This document shows, piece by piece, positions 22,221 to 37,480 of a stretch of 64,000 nt of DNA. The first letter of the stretch is position 1; each line of letters begins with the position of its first letter. A program made the position numbers and the translations under genes. Under the pieces are notes generated by a model. The model did not search any database. It had not been told where the DNA came from and saw only the letters and a program-made list of their open reading frames with translations. The stretch is taken from NCBI GenBank assembly GCA_964016885.1, contig OZ024752.1, positions 26,040,001-26,104,000 on the forward strand, in the 5' to 3' direction. Source of the stretch: Eledone cirrhosa. Lineage: Eukaryota.

Positions 22221-22591
22221 TGTTTCTTTATTAGCCACAGGGGCACAAAAGAAGGGGACAAATACAAAGGGGGAAGTTTACATACAATAAAAACGTGTAA
22301 AATATTATCACAAATGCAATTGAAAAGTTAATTGATTTTCCCCCAATAGGGGGAGACATTTCATATGGGTAACACATACCCCCGAAAAAATGTGCAACCC
22401 TCATCTCCAGGAGTACCAAGAGTTTGTACCCCTTTCCTCTCTTCCTCCTTTTGCTTAACCTACAGGCTGATATAGAGAGAAGGCCCATTCACTCGGGCCA
22501 TTCTCGCCACTTTCACCCACCTTTCATAAAACTTGCTGGGGTACAGCACCTCTCTCTCCATCCTGATTATTCTTCTAAAGTGGTATTTGAA
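22221..22591 (-). mobile_element. 5'-truncated Tx1 copy related to family B, inside (GATA)n
   Basis: Encodes ...FYERWVKVARMARVNGPSLYISL* plus a 3'UTR similar to 16475-16707. GATA repeats on both sides. Confidence 0.88.
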
Positions 22592-22846
22592 GATAGATAG
22601 ATAGATAGTAATAACAAATTGTATCAGATCTATTTTCGGTATAATGTTGTTTTTCTAGATTGTATATATACATATATAGACCGTATACACACACTCGTAT
22701 ATATGTAAATATGTGGGTGTGTTTGTAGGAGCGCAGACACGAGTGCGTATGCATAGGTATGTAAACACATTTAAGTACACACAGACAAATAAACATTCCT
22801 CCAGTATGCATCTATGTATACGTATATGTATGTACAAATCTCCCCC

Positions 22847-22901
<55 letters not shown>

Positions 22902-22980
22902 CATATATATATACACATACATATATATATATATACACATACATATATATATATATATACACATATATATATATATATAT

Positions 22981-23063
<83 letters not shown>

Positions 23064-23193
23064 AAGGATGAATTTTTCTTGTCTGTGTGTATTTAAATGT
23101 GTTTATCTACATACCTATGCACACACACACGTGTGTGTGCGCCAACACATTCAAACCCACCCACAGATCTACATATATGCGTGTGCGTGTTAC

Positions 23194-23234
<41 letters not shown>

Positions 23235-23664
23235 CATATATAATATCTATATATATGCGTGTGTTTTACGTATGTATATATATATATATGTTTATATACA
23301 GCATATATATACATGTGCATACATATAAAATACGATATAGCTGTTTGATAAAAACATTGAATATTTATATACCGGAAGCTATTACAAATTACAAATCATT
23401 AGATGGACACATTTTATTTTCCCATCTGCTTCGGTGCGATTGAGTCAGACATCAAACACTTTCAAACCAAAGAGCTTGTTTCTTTGGCTATGATTGTTGT
23501 TCCTCCTATCAATGCTGTTGTTGTTGTTGTTGTTGCTGCTGCTGCTGCTGCTGCTGTGCTGTGTTGATCAACTGTTGTTGTTGTTTACTCCTGAATTCGA
23601 CTCTTATCTCTGTTCTTTTGATTATATTTCATATATTTTTGCTGCTATTATGGAAGTTGTTTAT

Positions 23665-23995
23665 GAAGGTGTGGTTCGATGGTTGGCGTGCTCTGTTAAA
23701 GATCGTAAATCCACGAGTTCGATCCCCAGTGGCGAATTATCTCTTCCAGTAAGACTCTTTAATTTACCTTGCTCCAGCTTATTCACCTGGTGGGGGCGAG
23801 GGTAATGATCTCTACCTGTTATTCAATGAGCCTGTCTTGCCATTCACTGTATCACCTTGAATCTCCCTGAGAACTATGTTAAGAAAACACGTGAGTGTGG
23901 AATGTCCAGCCAATTGCTCGTTTTCATTTCAAGAGCAAACTGTTCCACTGATCAAACAAGTGAGATAATCAACATGATAACCGACGGAAATCCAG
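23665..23995 (+). mobile_element. Diverged tRNA-derived SINE of a different family
   Basis: gtggttcgatggtt...gagttcgatcccc (A/B box-like) followed by a non-coding body. Confidence 0.5.
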
Positions 23996-24569
23996 CGACA
24001 TTAATGTTCAAAAACCAACGGCGGCTTGTTTTATATTTTGTGGCCGTTTCTTTGATGTACGAGAGCTTTTATATGTTGTTGTCGTTCTGTCTTGCTTTCT
24101 TTCTTGCTCTCTTTCTTTCTTGTTGTCTTTCTTTCTTTCTATCTCTCTTTCTTGCTGTCTTTCTTTCTTTCTTGCTCTCTTTCTTTCTTTCTCTCCTTCT
24201 TACCTTCTTTCTTTCCTTCTTTCTTGCTTTCTTTCTTTCTTGCCTTCTGTTCTTTCTTTCTTTTTTTTCCTTCGTTCTTTCTTTCATTCTTTCTTTCGTT
24301 CTTTCTTTCGTTCTTCCCTTCCTTTACCCCCCCCCCCCCTTAAGTGGTCAGATGTTTTATTTTTATTATTATTATTTTAAATTTACTTTTCCTGGTGTTT
24401 TTTATGTTATTGTTTTTCATTATGTTGTTTATTTTATTATTTGTTATAGTTTGTTTATTCCCCAAGGAGTGAAATGTGCGTCGTTTCACCTTAAGTAAAG
24501 TAGCGAGTATTTACCTGCAATTAACACACTGTTACAGAAAACTTCTCACACCTACGATTGTTATTTTAT

Positions 24570-25130
24570 TCTGGATTGGCAGTATCGGTAGAGCGCTGGA
24601 CATCATGCTTTGTAGCATAGAATTACGTCCCTTTATGATCTGAGTTCAAATCCCGCCGAGGTTAACTTTACCTTTCATCCTTACGGGATCGATAAAATAA
24701 AGTACCAGTCACGCACTGGGTCGATTTAATCGACTTTCCTTTCCCCAAAAATTGCTGGCCTTGTGCCAAAAGTAGAAACAATTATTTTATTCTGGATTGG
24801 CAGTATCGGTAGAGCGTCGGACATCATGCTTTGTAGTCTAGAGTTACGGCCCTTTACGCTCTGAGTTCAAATCCCGTTGAGGTTAGCTTTGCCTTTCATC
24901 CTTACGTTGACGGGGTCGATAAAATAAAGTATCAGTAACACACTGGGGCCGATTTATCGACTTCCCCCCCCCTCCTCAAACTGCTGGCCTTGTGCCAAAA
25001 GTAGAAACAATTATTTTATTCTGGTTTAAGGGCGCTAGATTAGCAGGACCGTTAGAACGCAGGAGAAAATGCTTTGTGGTATCTGTGCTGGCGCTTTACG
25101 TTCTCAGTTCAAACCTTGCCGGGGACAACT
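24570..25130 (+). mobile_element. Head-to-tail array of three Nin/Deu SINEs
   Basis: Copies at ~24570-24790, 24790-25015 and 25028-25130. Confidence 0.85.
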
Positions 25131-25377
25131 TTACCTCACAAGATTAGGTGCCAAATTGTAAGAGTCGTTGGAACGTTGGATATAATCTTTTTTAAACAGA
25201 TTAAGACGTGATTCGGTGAGGCGAATTTTGGCTGCTTTTTCTAGCTGATGAAGTGACCACGCAGAGTCAGTGGTGCTGTTGGTGTTACTAAAGTGAGATG
25301 TACAACGACAGGTCAGATTTAGTTGAGCAGACCTACTGTAAAATGTCATCGCTATTCCATTTTTAAGTTTCATCTAT

Positions 25378-25530
25378 TCGCATCTCCCTTACCATCCTTC
25401 GAGGAAATGCCTTCTCCATTCTGTCCACCGGGGCTGTGGGGAGGCCAGCACGTGGGACCCCATTTGCTTACCATACAGAGAGATTGACGCGATAACAGTG
25501 GCAATTCGGCTCTTCCACGTTCGGACCATA
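25378..25530 (+). mobile_element. CRE-like 3' fragment
   Basis: Matches 15983-16150. Confidence 0.55.
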
Positions 25531-25609
25531 TCCTTGTGTAAAATACATTATACACACCTCACAAAATATATCACTTCATACCAAGAACTATACATAGACA
25601 TCATCAAAA

Positions 25610-25935
25610 TAGCTGGTGAATCGGCAGAGTCATTAGAATGTCCGATTGAAGGCTTTGCAGTATTCTTTCGGCTCTCAGCTCTCTGAATTCAAATCTCCCC
25701 GAGATCAACTTTTCCTTTCATCCACTCAAGGTCAATAAATATAATACTTTCTACTTTTGGCACAAGGCCAGCAATTATCCCAGTACATTACTAGTGTTTT
25801 ATTTTATCGACCCCGTAAGGATGAAAGGCAAAGTTAACCTCGGCGGGATTTGAACTCATATCGTAAAGGGGAGTAACTCTATGCTGCAAAGCATGGCGTC
25901 CAACCCTCTACCGATACTGCTAATCCACCGCCCTT
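25610..25935. mobile_element. Adjacent + and - Nin/Deu SINEs
   Basis: + copy 25610-25745, - copy 25746-25935. Confidence 0.8.
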
Positions 25936-26320
25936 AAATAAATATAATACCAGTCAAGAACTGGCGTCCATTCTTCCTCTATATCTCTTTCTCACGTCCA
26001 TTCTTTCCCTCCCTCTCTATCGTTCTCTGAAAGAAATCTGTAATATTCAAACATAGAAAGGAGATGGGTTCCGCCAGGTTTTAAAATACGCTAGAAATGC
26101 CGTGTGTCAATATGGCGTCCCTACGACTCCCTCGGGAGTTAAGTGACTATACATACATACATACATCATCTCATGTGTACTTTGGTTATTAAAAACATGG
26201 TGGAGATTTCGCTGCTACATATTCGCAGGACAAGTGATAAAGTGCGTATATATTCCCTTAGATTTTGTGGTTATTATGTTTGTGGTTTTTGTGGTTGTGT
26301 TCGTTGTCGTTGTGATTATT

Positions 26321-26486
26321 GGTGTTGGTTGTTATTGTGTTGGTTGTTATTGTGTTGGTTGTTATTGTGTTGGTTGTTATTGTGTTGGTTGTTATTGTGT
26401 TGGTTGTTATTGTGTTGGTTGTTATTGTGTTGGTTGTTATTGTGTTGGTTGTTATTGTGTTGGTTGTTATTGTGTTGGTTGTTATT
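26321..26486. repeat. 15-bp minisatellite (GTGTTGGTTGTTATT)n, about 11 copies
   Basis: Directly visible. Confidence 0.95.
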
Positions 26487-27083
26487 ATGCTATTGTTGGT
26501 AACATTGGAGTTAGTAATTACTGGTTGTGAGGTTGAAGAAATATAAAACAGAGGCAGCTGTGCTATACACACACACACACAGACAGACACACACACCATC
26601 TGATCGTCTCTAGAACCTATTTGAATCTAGGTGGACTGTGCCAACTAGAGTTAAGTAGTGCCTCTGTCGACAATAACAGACACGGTGCAGCGTCAGTGAT
26701 GGGATAAGAACTCACCAAACTCAACCTTTGACACTGGCCATCTGTGGTTCTATATGACTGCCGTGTACTGGAGGATATACACATATATAAGAGGACACAC
26801 ACAGACACATCTATACACACACACCCATACACATACATACACACACACACAAACATACACACACACACACATAAACATACATACACACCTACACACACAC
26901 ACACATACATACTCACCTATACACACATACACACACACCTATATACACATATACACACACATATACACACACACACACATATATATATATGTGTGTGTGT
27001 GTCCGTGTCTATGTGTATCTCTTTAACTCTCCATATATAGATGTTTATGTTTGTGTATGTGTATGTGTGATTGTTTGCGTGTA

Positions 27084-27128
<45 letters not shown>

Positions 27129-27273
27129 ACATACATACATATATAAATATATATACATATCCATATATATATACATGTATATATACAATATATATATACA
27201 TGTATATATACAATATATATACATATCCATATATATATACATATCCATATATATATACATATATATGTGTGTA

Positions 27274-27306
<33 letters not shown>

Positions 27307-27467
27307 CCATATATATACATATATATATATATATACATATATACATATCTATATATATACATATACATACATATATATTCATATATACATATCCATATAT
27401 ATATATATATATATACATACATACATATATATATACATATATACATATTATTCATATATATATATAT

Positions 27468-27522
<55 letters not shown>

Positions 27523-27749
27523 GTTTAAATATATATGTATGTAGATGCATGCAAACATGTATATATACATTCCTAGATACACATATACATATAGAGAGGC
27601 AGTGTACCAATGAACCCAACACAATTCTGGTGTTGACCTCGGTGTGACCCGTCTTTTAATTGGATTTGATCCTAGGCACAGCTAATTGGGCATCCGGTCA
27701 CATTGGTGTTACGATGGATACTGGCACACAGGGAGAGTGTAGTCACGAT

Positions 27750-28470
27750 AACAATGATGATGATGGTGGTGGTGGTGGTAGCGGTGATGGTGGTGATGGT
27801 GGTGATTCTGGTAGTTATAGTGGTGGTGGTGGTAGCGGTGATGGTGGTGGTTCTGGTGGTTATAGTGGTGGTGGTGGTAGCGGTGATGGTGGTGGTTCTG
27901 GTGGTTATAGTGGTGGTGGTGGTTGCGGTGATAATTGCGGCGGTGGTGGTGGTGGTGGTAGTGGTGGTGGTAGTGGTGGTGATGGTGATGGTGTGGAGGT
28001 AGGGGTGGTGGTGATGATTGTGGTGATGGTGGTGGTGATGATGGTGTGGTGGTGGTGGTGAGGGTGGTTGTGGTGGTGTGGTGGCGGTGGTGGTGGTGGT
28101 GAGGTGGTGGTGGCGGTGATGATTGTGGTGGTGGCGATGGTGTCGGTGGTGGTGGTGAGGGTGGTGGTGGTGGTGATGGTAGTGGTGGGGATGATTAAGA
28201 CGATGACAATAATGATGCTGATGATGGTGGTGGTGGTGGCAGTGTTGGTGGTAGTGGTAGCAGTATTGGTGGTGTGGGTGACAGTGGTGGTGGGAGGGGG
28301 GGGGGGGGGCAGTGGTGTTGGTGGTGGTGGTGGCGATGGTGGTGGTGGTGGTGATGGTGGTAATAGTGGTGGTGTTGGCAGCGGTTGTGGTTGTGGTGGC
28401 CGTTCTGGTGGTGGTGGGGTTGATTACGACGATGACAATGATGGCGATGATGGTGGGGTAATATTGATGG
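27750..28470. repeat. (GGT)n-rich low-complexity tract
   Basis: Directly visible. Confidence 0.95.
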
Positions 28471-28530
28471 TGTGACAGCTGGCTAGGTATGTGCAAAGGA
28501 GGCCGTTGAATGGTAATGTCCGATATATAT

Positions 28531-29267
28531 ATATGAATAAAGTTAGTCCTTCATCAGTGATCTTCCAACCATCATTGGTATTTCATCGCTTTAAAGATTT
28601 AAAGACCATATACTTCCGGTTGGTGCGAGCAACGGCTAAAAAAAGTCGTTGGGACACGTAAATAAAGGGGACACGAGAGTGTAAACAAACAAGGATGGTG
28701 AAGCAACGAAAAGTGAGGAAGAACGAGTCAAGTCCCAAATTTCCATGAATATAAGTTCGGTGAAATCGTGAACGAGAGAGAATAAAGACCATCAAACCTG
28801 GTTGGAATGTGAGCAAGGAAGGAATTTCGTACAGGTCTAACGGGAGGAAGAAGGAATCTAGTCTGTGAATTCGGTGAACATAAGTTCTGTGAAATCGTAG
28901 ACGAGAGAGAGAAAAAAAGGCCAACCAGCCTGACCAAGCGTGCGAAAGAAAAGAATTACGCACAGGTCAAACGGGAAGAAGGAAGAGGAGGAGAGATAGT
29001 AACAGAGAGTGAGTGAGTGAGTGAAGGGTGAGGAAGAGGCTAACAGAGAGAGTGACTGTTAGAGAGGGTAAAGATACAGAGAAAGAGGAAGCAGTAAGAA
29101 CGAAATAGACGGGTCACAGCGGGGGAAAAAATGTGTAAATATGAGAATAAACGTGCTGCGAGGTTGCAAATAGGTTACATATGAATAAAGTTAGTCCTTC
29201 ATCAGTGATCTTCCCACCATCATTGGTATTTCATCGCTTTAAAGACCATATACCTCCGGTTGGTGCG
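28531..29267. repeat. Unclassified element with ~90-bp direct repeats and an internal ~125-bp dimer
   Basis: 28531-28627 matches 29179-29267. A diverged inverted copy of the same region lies at ~11237-11325. Confidence 0.7.
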
Positions 29268-29791
29268 GTGGCGGTGGTGGTGGTGCTGGTGGTGGTGCTG
29301 GTGGTGCTCGTGGTGGTGATGCTGGTGATGGTGGTGGTGGTGCTGGTGGTGCTGTTGGTGCTGTTGGTGCTGGTGGTGCTGGTGCTGGTGGTGCTGGTGG
29401 TGCTGGTGCTGGTGAGGCTGGTGGTGGTGGTGGTGGTGGTGCTGAGCATTCAATAGACACGTGTACGTACGGTTCAACTATATTTAAGTGAGATTGAGTG
29501 TAACACTGTGTCACATGACTGGATCCCAATTGAATTACAGGTACAGTCAATTCGACAGCCTTCTGTTTTCCTGTCTATCTAAATTCACTCACAAGGCATG
29601 GGCCGAACCATGGATATAGCAAAAGACACTTGCCCAAGATGCCACCGAATGGGGTCAAACCTGGGACTTGACGATTGTGAAGAGAACTCGGCTATTCACA
29701 CACACACACATGGTTATGAGTGTATGTATGTGTGTATGTATGATGATGTGCGTATATACAAGTGTGTGTATACATGTATATATATGTATAC

Positions 29792-29882
<91 letters not shown>

Positions 29883-29951
29883 GAGAAAGAGTGAGGGAGA
29901 GAGAGATGTAAGTATATATTGGTTTGTGAGCTTATGCGTGTGCGTCTATGT

Positions 29952-29999
<48 letters not shown>

Positions 30000-30387
30000 G
30001 TATTTACGTATCGAGAAAGAGAGAAAAAAAGGGGGGATAGGTGAAACATATAGTTATTTGCCAAGTAGCGTATGCCAAAGGTGCTCGATACTAGTGCCGG
30101 CAGTATTAAATATTCGAAGTGTTAATATTTAGTGGGCTAGAGAGTTAGCAGAGCGTAAGCACGTGGGAAAGTAAGAAATCGGAGAATAGACCGTTAAAAA
30201 AAAATAAACATGTTTTCCAGTTACTAGTACTATCTAGCGGTCGCAACTCCAGGTAGAAGGAGCAACGTGAAATAAAGTGTCTTGCTCAAGGACATAACGC
30301 ATCGCCCGGTCCAGAAACCGAACTCACAACCTCAAGATTGTGAATCCAATTCTCTAACCACTCAGCCACACGCCTTTATATATATAT

Positions 30388-30439
<52 letters not shown>

Positions 30440-30507
30440 ATATATATATATATATATGTATGTATATATATATAATATATATATATATATATCTATATAT
30501 ATATATG

Positions 30508-30573
<66 letters not shown>

Positions 30574-30574
<1 letters not shown>

Positions 30575-33500
30575 TCTTTTACCTGTTTCAGCCATCCGGC
30601 TGAGGCCATGCTGGGGCACCGCCCTTGTTGCTACACATTTTATCTCCAGCCTGTATAGGTTGGCCACTGGTGTAGGAGGGAGTTTGTTGCTGCTGCCCTT
30701 AGGTTTCCCTCGTGTCTTGCTGTGGGCTCATCCGGGATCCTGGATAACAAGGTGTCGAGATGTTTCTTAAAGACATCCACCTCCACGTCATGCAAGTCTC
30801 GCAGATGCCTCGGCAGCCTGTTGAAGAGTTGAGGGCCCTTGAATCCCAGGCTATTGCAATACCTGCTCCTTATTCTAGATGTGGAAGACGGGACCTTTGG
30901 CACCACACAGTGACGTCCTGTTCGACGGTTGGTCCAGCTCCCAATGCCAAAGTTTGGTGCTAGTCCCTCCAGGATTTTCCACATGTAGATCACTGCGTAT
31001 CTCTCCCGTCTTCGCTCCAAGGAGTAGAGGTTCAGTTCCTTTAGCCTCTCCCAGTAGCTTGTCTCCCTCATCTTGGCAATCCTCTTGGTGTAGCTTCGCT
31101 GGATTGCCTCAAGCTCCGTGGTTAGTTTGACACTATGGGGTGACCACAGCTGGGAGCAGTAGTCCAGGCGGCTTAGGACAAAAGTCCTCCACAGTGTCAA
31201 CATGGTGTCTCGATCTCTTGTAAGGAAAGTCCTCAAGATCCAGCCAGCGAATCGTCTACATGTTGTCGCCACCTTCATGATGTGTGAAGAAAAAGATGCA
31301 TCATCGCTCATGTCTATGCCCAGGTTTCGTATCGATTTTGACACGGGGATATCGGTCCCTCCTGGTCCTGTGTAGCTGTGTTCCGCTATATTTGTGTTTG
31401 TGTTTATAGGTTTGTATTGTAGGGCTTGGAATTTGCCAGCATTAAACTGCATGCTGTTTTCTTCCGCCCATCTGTATATGGCATCCAGATCCTGCTGTAA
31501 GAGGGCAGCGTCAGCCGGGTTTTTGATTGCCTGTGCTACCTTAGTGTCATCAGCATAGCTAGTGAGGGATGTTGTTGCATGCACCACAGAGGGCATGTCC
31601 GAGAGAGCCACCAAAAACAGTAGTGGTCCCAGGACTGTCCCCTGGGGCACCCCACTTGTTATCGGTGTTTCCCTCGAGAGGGCCCCATTTGCTGCGACTG
31701 CCTGGCTTCTGTCCCTTAGGAAGCCATGCAGCCACTCACCTACTTTTCCAGTTATGCCGAGTCCGTGTAGTTTGTGACATATCATTCCGTGGTCGACCTT
31801 GTCAAAGGCCTTCGCAAAGTCAAGATATATCACGTCTACATGTGAGCTGTCTAGTAGTTGTCTCAGTACCCAGTGGTAGTGATGTAGCAGCTGTGTAAGG
31901 CAGCTTCTTCCTGGGTGGAAGCCATGTTGCGTGCTAGTCAGGCGGTCATTTTCTTCGAGGAAAGTGATTAGTTTCTTTCTGACGACTCGCTCCATGACCT
32001 TACTGATATGCGACGTCAGGGAGACTGGCCTATAGTTCTTGGCCTCCGCTCTACTACCTCCTTTATGGATAGGGCATATTGTGCCTTCTTTCAGCTCCCT
32101 GGGTAGTACACCGCTAGCGAAGGAGCTTCTGAAGAGCATCTTCAGTGGAGTTGCTAAGGCCCGCTTACATATTTTTAGGAGAACTACTGGGAATCCATCA
32201 GGTCCAGCAGCCGAGTCTGTTCTAATTTCATCAATGGCGTACACCACATCCTACTCCGTTTTGTCTATGTGGTTGATGGTTGCCATTTCTTGATGTAGTG
32301 TTGTGGCATCAAAGAACTCCTCTGGCTTCGTTATTTGCATGTGCCTCAGTGGACATGTGAAGACACTTTTGTACTGTTCGTTCAGTATTTCACATATCTC
32401 TTGGGGATTTTCGGTTAATGAACCGTCCGTGTAGAAGAGTGGTCCGATCTTGCAGTGTACTGAGGCAGTTTCTTTTGAAAATTTAAAGAAGGCCTTAGGG
32501 TTTGTTTTAATGTTTTCTATGGCCCTGTTCTCTTTCTTTGCCCTCTCATTCTCATGTGAAAGTTTGAGTGCAATCTCGGTGTCAAGTAGTGCACGTTTCA
32601 AATAGGATTCCTTCTTGTTTTGGTTTTGTTGACTATTCAACTGGTTTGAGAGTTTAGTTCTACGTCTCATAAGGATTTTCCTATCTCTGGGAATAAGATT
32701 TTTGTGTCTGTTTGCCTCTTTCTCCGGGACACACTTTTTGCATATGGTGTGTATCGTTGTCATGAAGTGTTGAAATTGTGTTAGTGTCTTGTGTGGCGAT
32801 GTTTTCACTCCATGTTTGCTTCCGGATTTCACTCTTAATCTTTTTCCAGTTAGCCTTGTAGAAGTTAAGGTTGGATAGCGTCCCGGAGCTTCTTGGTGGT
32901 TTTGTCTCTGTTGGTTCTCTTGGACCACATATCATTAGCTCTACTAAGTTATGATCCGAGAGAATTGTTGGTGTCACCTTTACATTGTGGATGAGCACTT
33001 CGTTGTTTGTAAAACAGAGGTCCAGGACATTTTCGCCTCTTGTTGGGAGGAGTATTGCTTGCTCCATGAACAGCCTGTGTGTGAGGGCCAGCAGGGATTC
33101 CGTCTGTCTCTGTTCTATTGACGTCATTCCAGGGAGGAGGTGGCCCTCAGGCCATTTGACCTTTGGTAGGTTGAAGTCTCCCAGAAGTAGGATGTTGAGA
33201 CCCTGGTCCAGTTTGTCAAGGACCTCTTCTATCCTACTTAGGCTATCCTCAAATTTACCCTCATGACTGGGGGCATCGGGCGGCCGATATGTGACACATA
33301 TTACCGTCTGTAGTTGCTTCATATGTATTATCAGTGTGTCACAGACTGAGTTTGAATGTGTCAACAGTACAATTGGTGTGACATCTTCACGGATATACAG
33401 AGCAACGCCACCACGAGTTCTCTCCTTCCTGTCCGAACGAAATACAGTTTCACCAGGCCCCTGACATTCAGCAGCAGCACTGGTGTGACTTTTGGGGTGC

Positions 33501-34019
33501 CAGTAATGGCTGTCGGTATGACACCTGGTCTGGTGTCAGCGGCGGCCACTCTGGGTCCCTTAACTGCGGTGGTCTCGAGTGCTGGTGTGGATGACCCTGG
33601 CTCTGGAGACGATGCAGCCAGGTCAGCTGTCCCACAATCTTCTCTGCCATCATAAAAAAATTTTCTGATCTGCTGCTGCCATCTGTATCTCGTCGGCATG
33701 TGCGTGCCTTCTCCTTGTTGGTGCAGCACGCGCGACATCAGCATACTTCTGGAGCGGCTTATTTCAGCTTTGGCTGGGGCATGTTGCGCGAGTATGATGG
33801 GCATAGTTCGTTTGAGACCTAGGGTGGGCGAATCTGCATCCCATCCCTGTCTCTCCATGCCAGCATGTCCCGTTCTTGAAAAACTTGCACATTACTTGGG
33901 GTTTTTTGCTCCCAGTGTCTCGGTGCTTTCTGTTCTTTCTTTGATCAGTTGTCCACTGGTCCCTCTGCGCTTGGTTCTCCTTCGGAAGGTGATTTCGCTT
34001 TTCACTTTTGCCCTTAGCT

Positions 34020-34021
<2 letters not shown>
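30574..34021 (-). mobile_element. CR1-group LINE, degraded, embedded in (TA)n
   Basis: APE (LNVRGL, GGVALYI, YRPP, GDFNLP, SDHNL) and RT (YLDFAKAFDKVDH, VPQGTVLGPLLF, YADDTK, LYSLERRR). 3' tail ggtgccccagcatggcc...tgaaacaggtaaaagag. Confidence 0.9.
30640..32247 (-). pseudogene. CR1 reverse transcriptase region (535-aa open stretch)
   Basis: AAGPDG, NYRPVSLTS, QHGF, DFAKAFD, QG, YADD. Upstream parts are interrupted by stops and frameshifts. Confidence 0.88.
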
Positions 34022-34975
<954 letters not shown>

Positions 34976-35193
34976 ATAAATTTATAAATATATAATAAAT
35001 TGAACTGAAAGCAATATATATATATATATATTGTTATACTTTGGGAGGGTCATGTTGCCAATAAGAAACACACGCACCAGTTGCTTTCACTTCAATTTAT
35101 TATATATTTATAAATTTATAAATTTACAAATCTACAAACTTATAAATTTCTGGTTGGTTGGTTGGTTCCACAACCAGATAGTTGTTTATATAT

Positions 35194-35238
35194 AGTCATA
35201 GTCCTTTCGTCACACACTCTGTGACCTCTTCAGTGACT
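35194..35238 (-). ncRNA. Minimal type I hammerhead ribozyme in Penelope pseudo-LTR
   Basis: agtca-CTGAAGA-g-gtcaca(gagtg)tgtgac-GAAA-gga-CTA-tgact: 5-bp stem I, 6-bp stem II. Confidence 0.8.
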
Positions 35239-35723
35239 GGGGATTCCTTTCTTTGTTTCTGTGCCTTTCCTTTCTTCTGTACTACGCCATTTTGTTTCTG
35301 TGTGTGTGTTGTGTGCTCAGTTTGCGCATGCGCCACATCCGGGTGTCTGTGTGTGTTTGTGTTCATTTATCTATTTGTTTATTTATTTACATGTTGTTGG
35401 TTGGTTGTTTGTTCTATGTGTGTGTGTGTTTTCATTTTGTCCTTAATTGTAAGTTGTGATGTTGCTGTTCCACTCATATTTTCTGTTTAATTTTGGTTGT
35501 AATTCTTTTATGCTTACTGCTTCTGTAATTTGCCTAAACATTGCATCTTTTCTGTGTGGATTCTATTTTTATTTCTATGTTCTCTAATTTACCCTTGTGT
35601 TCTATCTTAGCATGTTGGTAGAGTACAGATGATTCTTTATTATCTTGAAGGTCTCGCCAGTGTTCATTTATCCGTTCCCTTATACTACGAGCTGTCTCAC
35701 CTATGTACACTATATTTTTGTTT

Positions 35724-37343
35724 CTACATTGTCCTGCCAGACTTGTCTATTGGAAAGCATGCTATCTCTCCATTACGTGACCGCTGCATGAGCTTACGCA
35801 AGCCATTTGCAGATTTTTCTCCCAGTTGCTGGGCCTCTATTCTATTATGCTTCTTGCTATACTGTTCTATAATATTTCTAAGTTCGGATCTAGCTATACT
35901 AAATTGTGCTTTTGTTTGTTCATCGACCTGCGACGGCAACTGCGTGCGTTTGTTAAATGGCAAAGTCGTGGCGTGGACTCGTCGCAGGTCGAATGATTTA
36001 TCGGAGGGATTATAAAACGGAGAGTTCCAGGCTGCTGCTTTATGTGTACTAGTGCTATTGTTATTGTTAGTTGTGTTGTTTCTATTTCTATTTTCACCAA
36101 CAGCCTCATGGTTGTTTCTATGTCTCTCATAATTACTCCTGTCTCTTTCCGCTGGCTCAATGTTGTTATCTACCCTATTTTGTGTGTCTGTGTGTTCGTC
36201 TTGGTTATTCTTTTTGTCCTTAGTCTCCCTTCTCCTTTTCCTTTTAATCCTATTACTTTCCCTTATTTCTGTGATTTCTGTGCTACTGTCATTACTTGTT
36301 TTCTGTGTCTGTGTGTTTGTTAAGATTGTGGTGGTGGTGAGAGGCATTGAATGCGTGTGTGTTGTTGTTGTTGATGTGTGCTGTTGTTGATGTGTGTTGT
36401 TGTTGTCTCCGTGTGTGTTATCGTTGTTGTGTGTGTTGTTATTGTTGTTTGTGTCTGCGCGTCTGCTGTTGTTGTTTCTGGGTATGTTGCTATTGTTGTT
36501 GTTGTTGATGTGTGTGTTGTTGTTATTGTTGTTGTTTGAGTCTGTGTGTCTGTTGTTGTTGGGATGTGTGTTGTATATGTGTGTGCGTATATTGTTGCTT
36601 TTGTTTTTGATGCTCCAGCGTAGTTTTGTAAATGATTTTTCTATTTCTGACAGACAACTAATCATATTTACCTTCTTGAATGTCGCAAATTTCGGCGGCA
36701 AACATAACACAGACATTTCATCATTATCTATTTTTGCGTTCCCATATATGTTGGTGTTTTTGTTGTTGAACTCTTCTAATAATGAGGTGTCGGCCATGTT
36801 GATACCATCAATTTTGTCGGGATATCTATTGGAATACTCTATAGTATCCTGATTTAGCTTTGCCTGTTTAAGCCACTTTAGTTTCCTGTTAAAGTGCTTA
36901 TCACATTCTTGAGTAATGTACTGTTCTTCAGGGCGTATAAGGCTTATAAATATTAGTTTCTCTCTTGGTGTGGTGATTCTAGCTATTTCTTGTATTAGGT
37001 TACGCTTTTGTTTCTCTTGATGACTTAATTCTCTATAGATCTTCTTTTTTATGTTTAGAATTAATGTTCGTTTTAGCCTATCTGCTTGTTTTTTGGTGAG
37101 TTGTAATCTTCTAACGTCGGTATTGATGGTGTTGGTGTAGATTCTGGAAGAGGCACACTGCTTTATGAAGGATAGTTGTCGAGATGTTATGGTTTTTCGT
37201 AGACAACAGAACATGGTGGTTTTCAGTATTCTGTTAGCCTGGCTAAGGCTTACGATATTTCGTTTCTGAATTTGTTTAGCAAGATTCTTTATCTGAAATC
37301 GTGTGTTGAAACCGATATTGTTATACTTTGGGAGGGTCATGTT
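35724..37343 (-). pseudogene. Penelope ORF N-terminal half, truncated before RT
   Basis: MTLPKYNNIGF..., DEMSVLCLPPKFA...EIEKSFTKLRW, Asn-rich insert, IACFPIDKSGR (DKG-type motif), then fused out of frame to the GIY-YIG 3' end. Confidence 0.8.
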
Positions 37344-37480
37344 GCCAATATGAAACACACGCACCAGTTGCTTTCACTTCAATTTATTATATATTTATAA
37401 ATTTATAAATTTACAAATCTACAAACTTATAAATTTCTGGTTGGTTGGTTGGTTCCACAACCAGATAGTTGTTTATATAT

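Noticed and set aside
26710-26770. Possible minus-strand exon ending in TTG|GTGAGT
   Set aside because: Ambiguous acceptor and no recognisable peptide; insufficient support.
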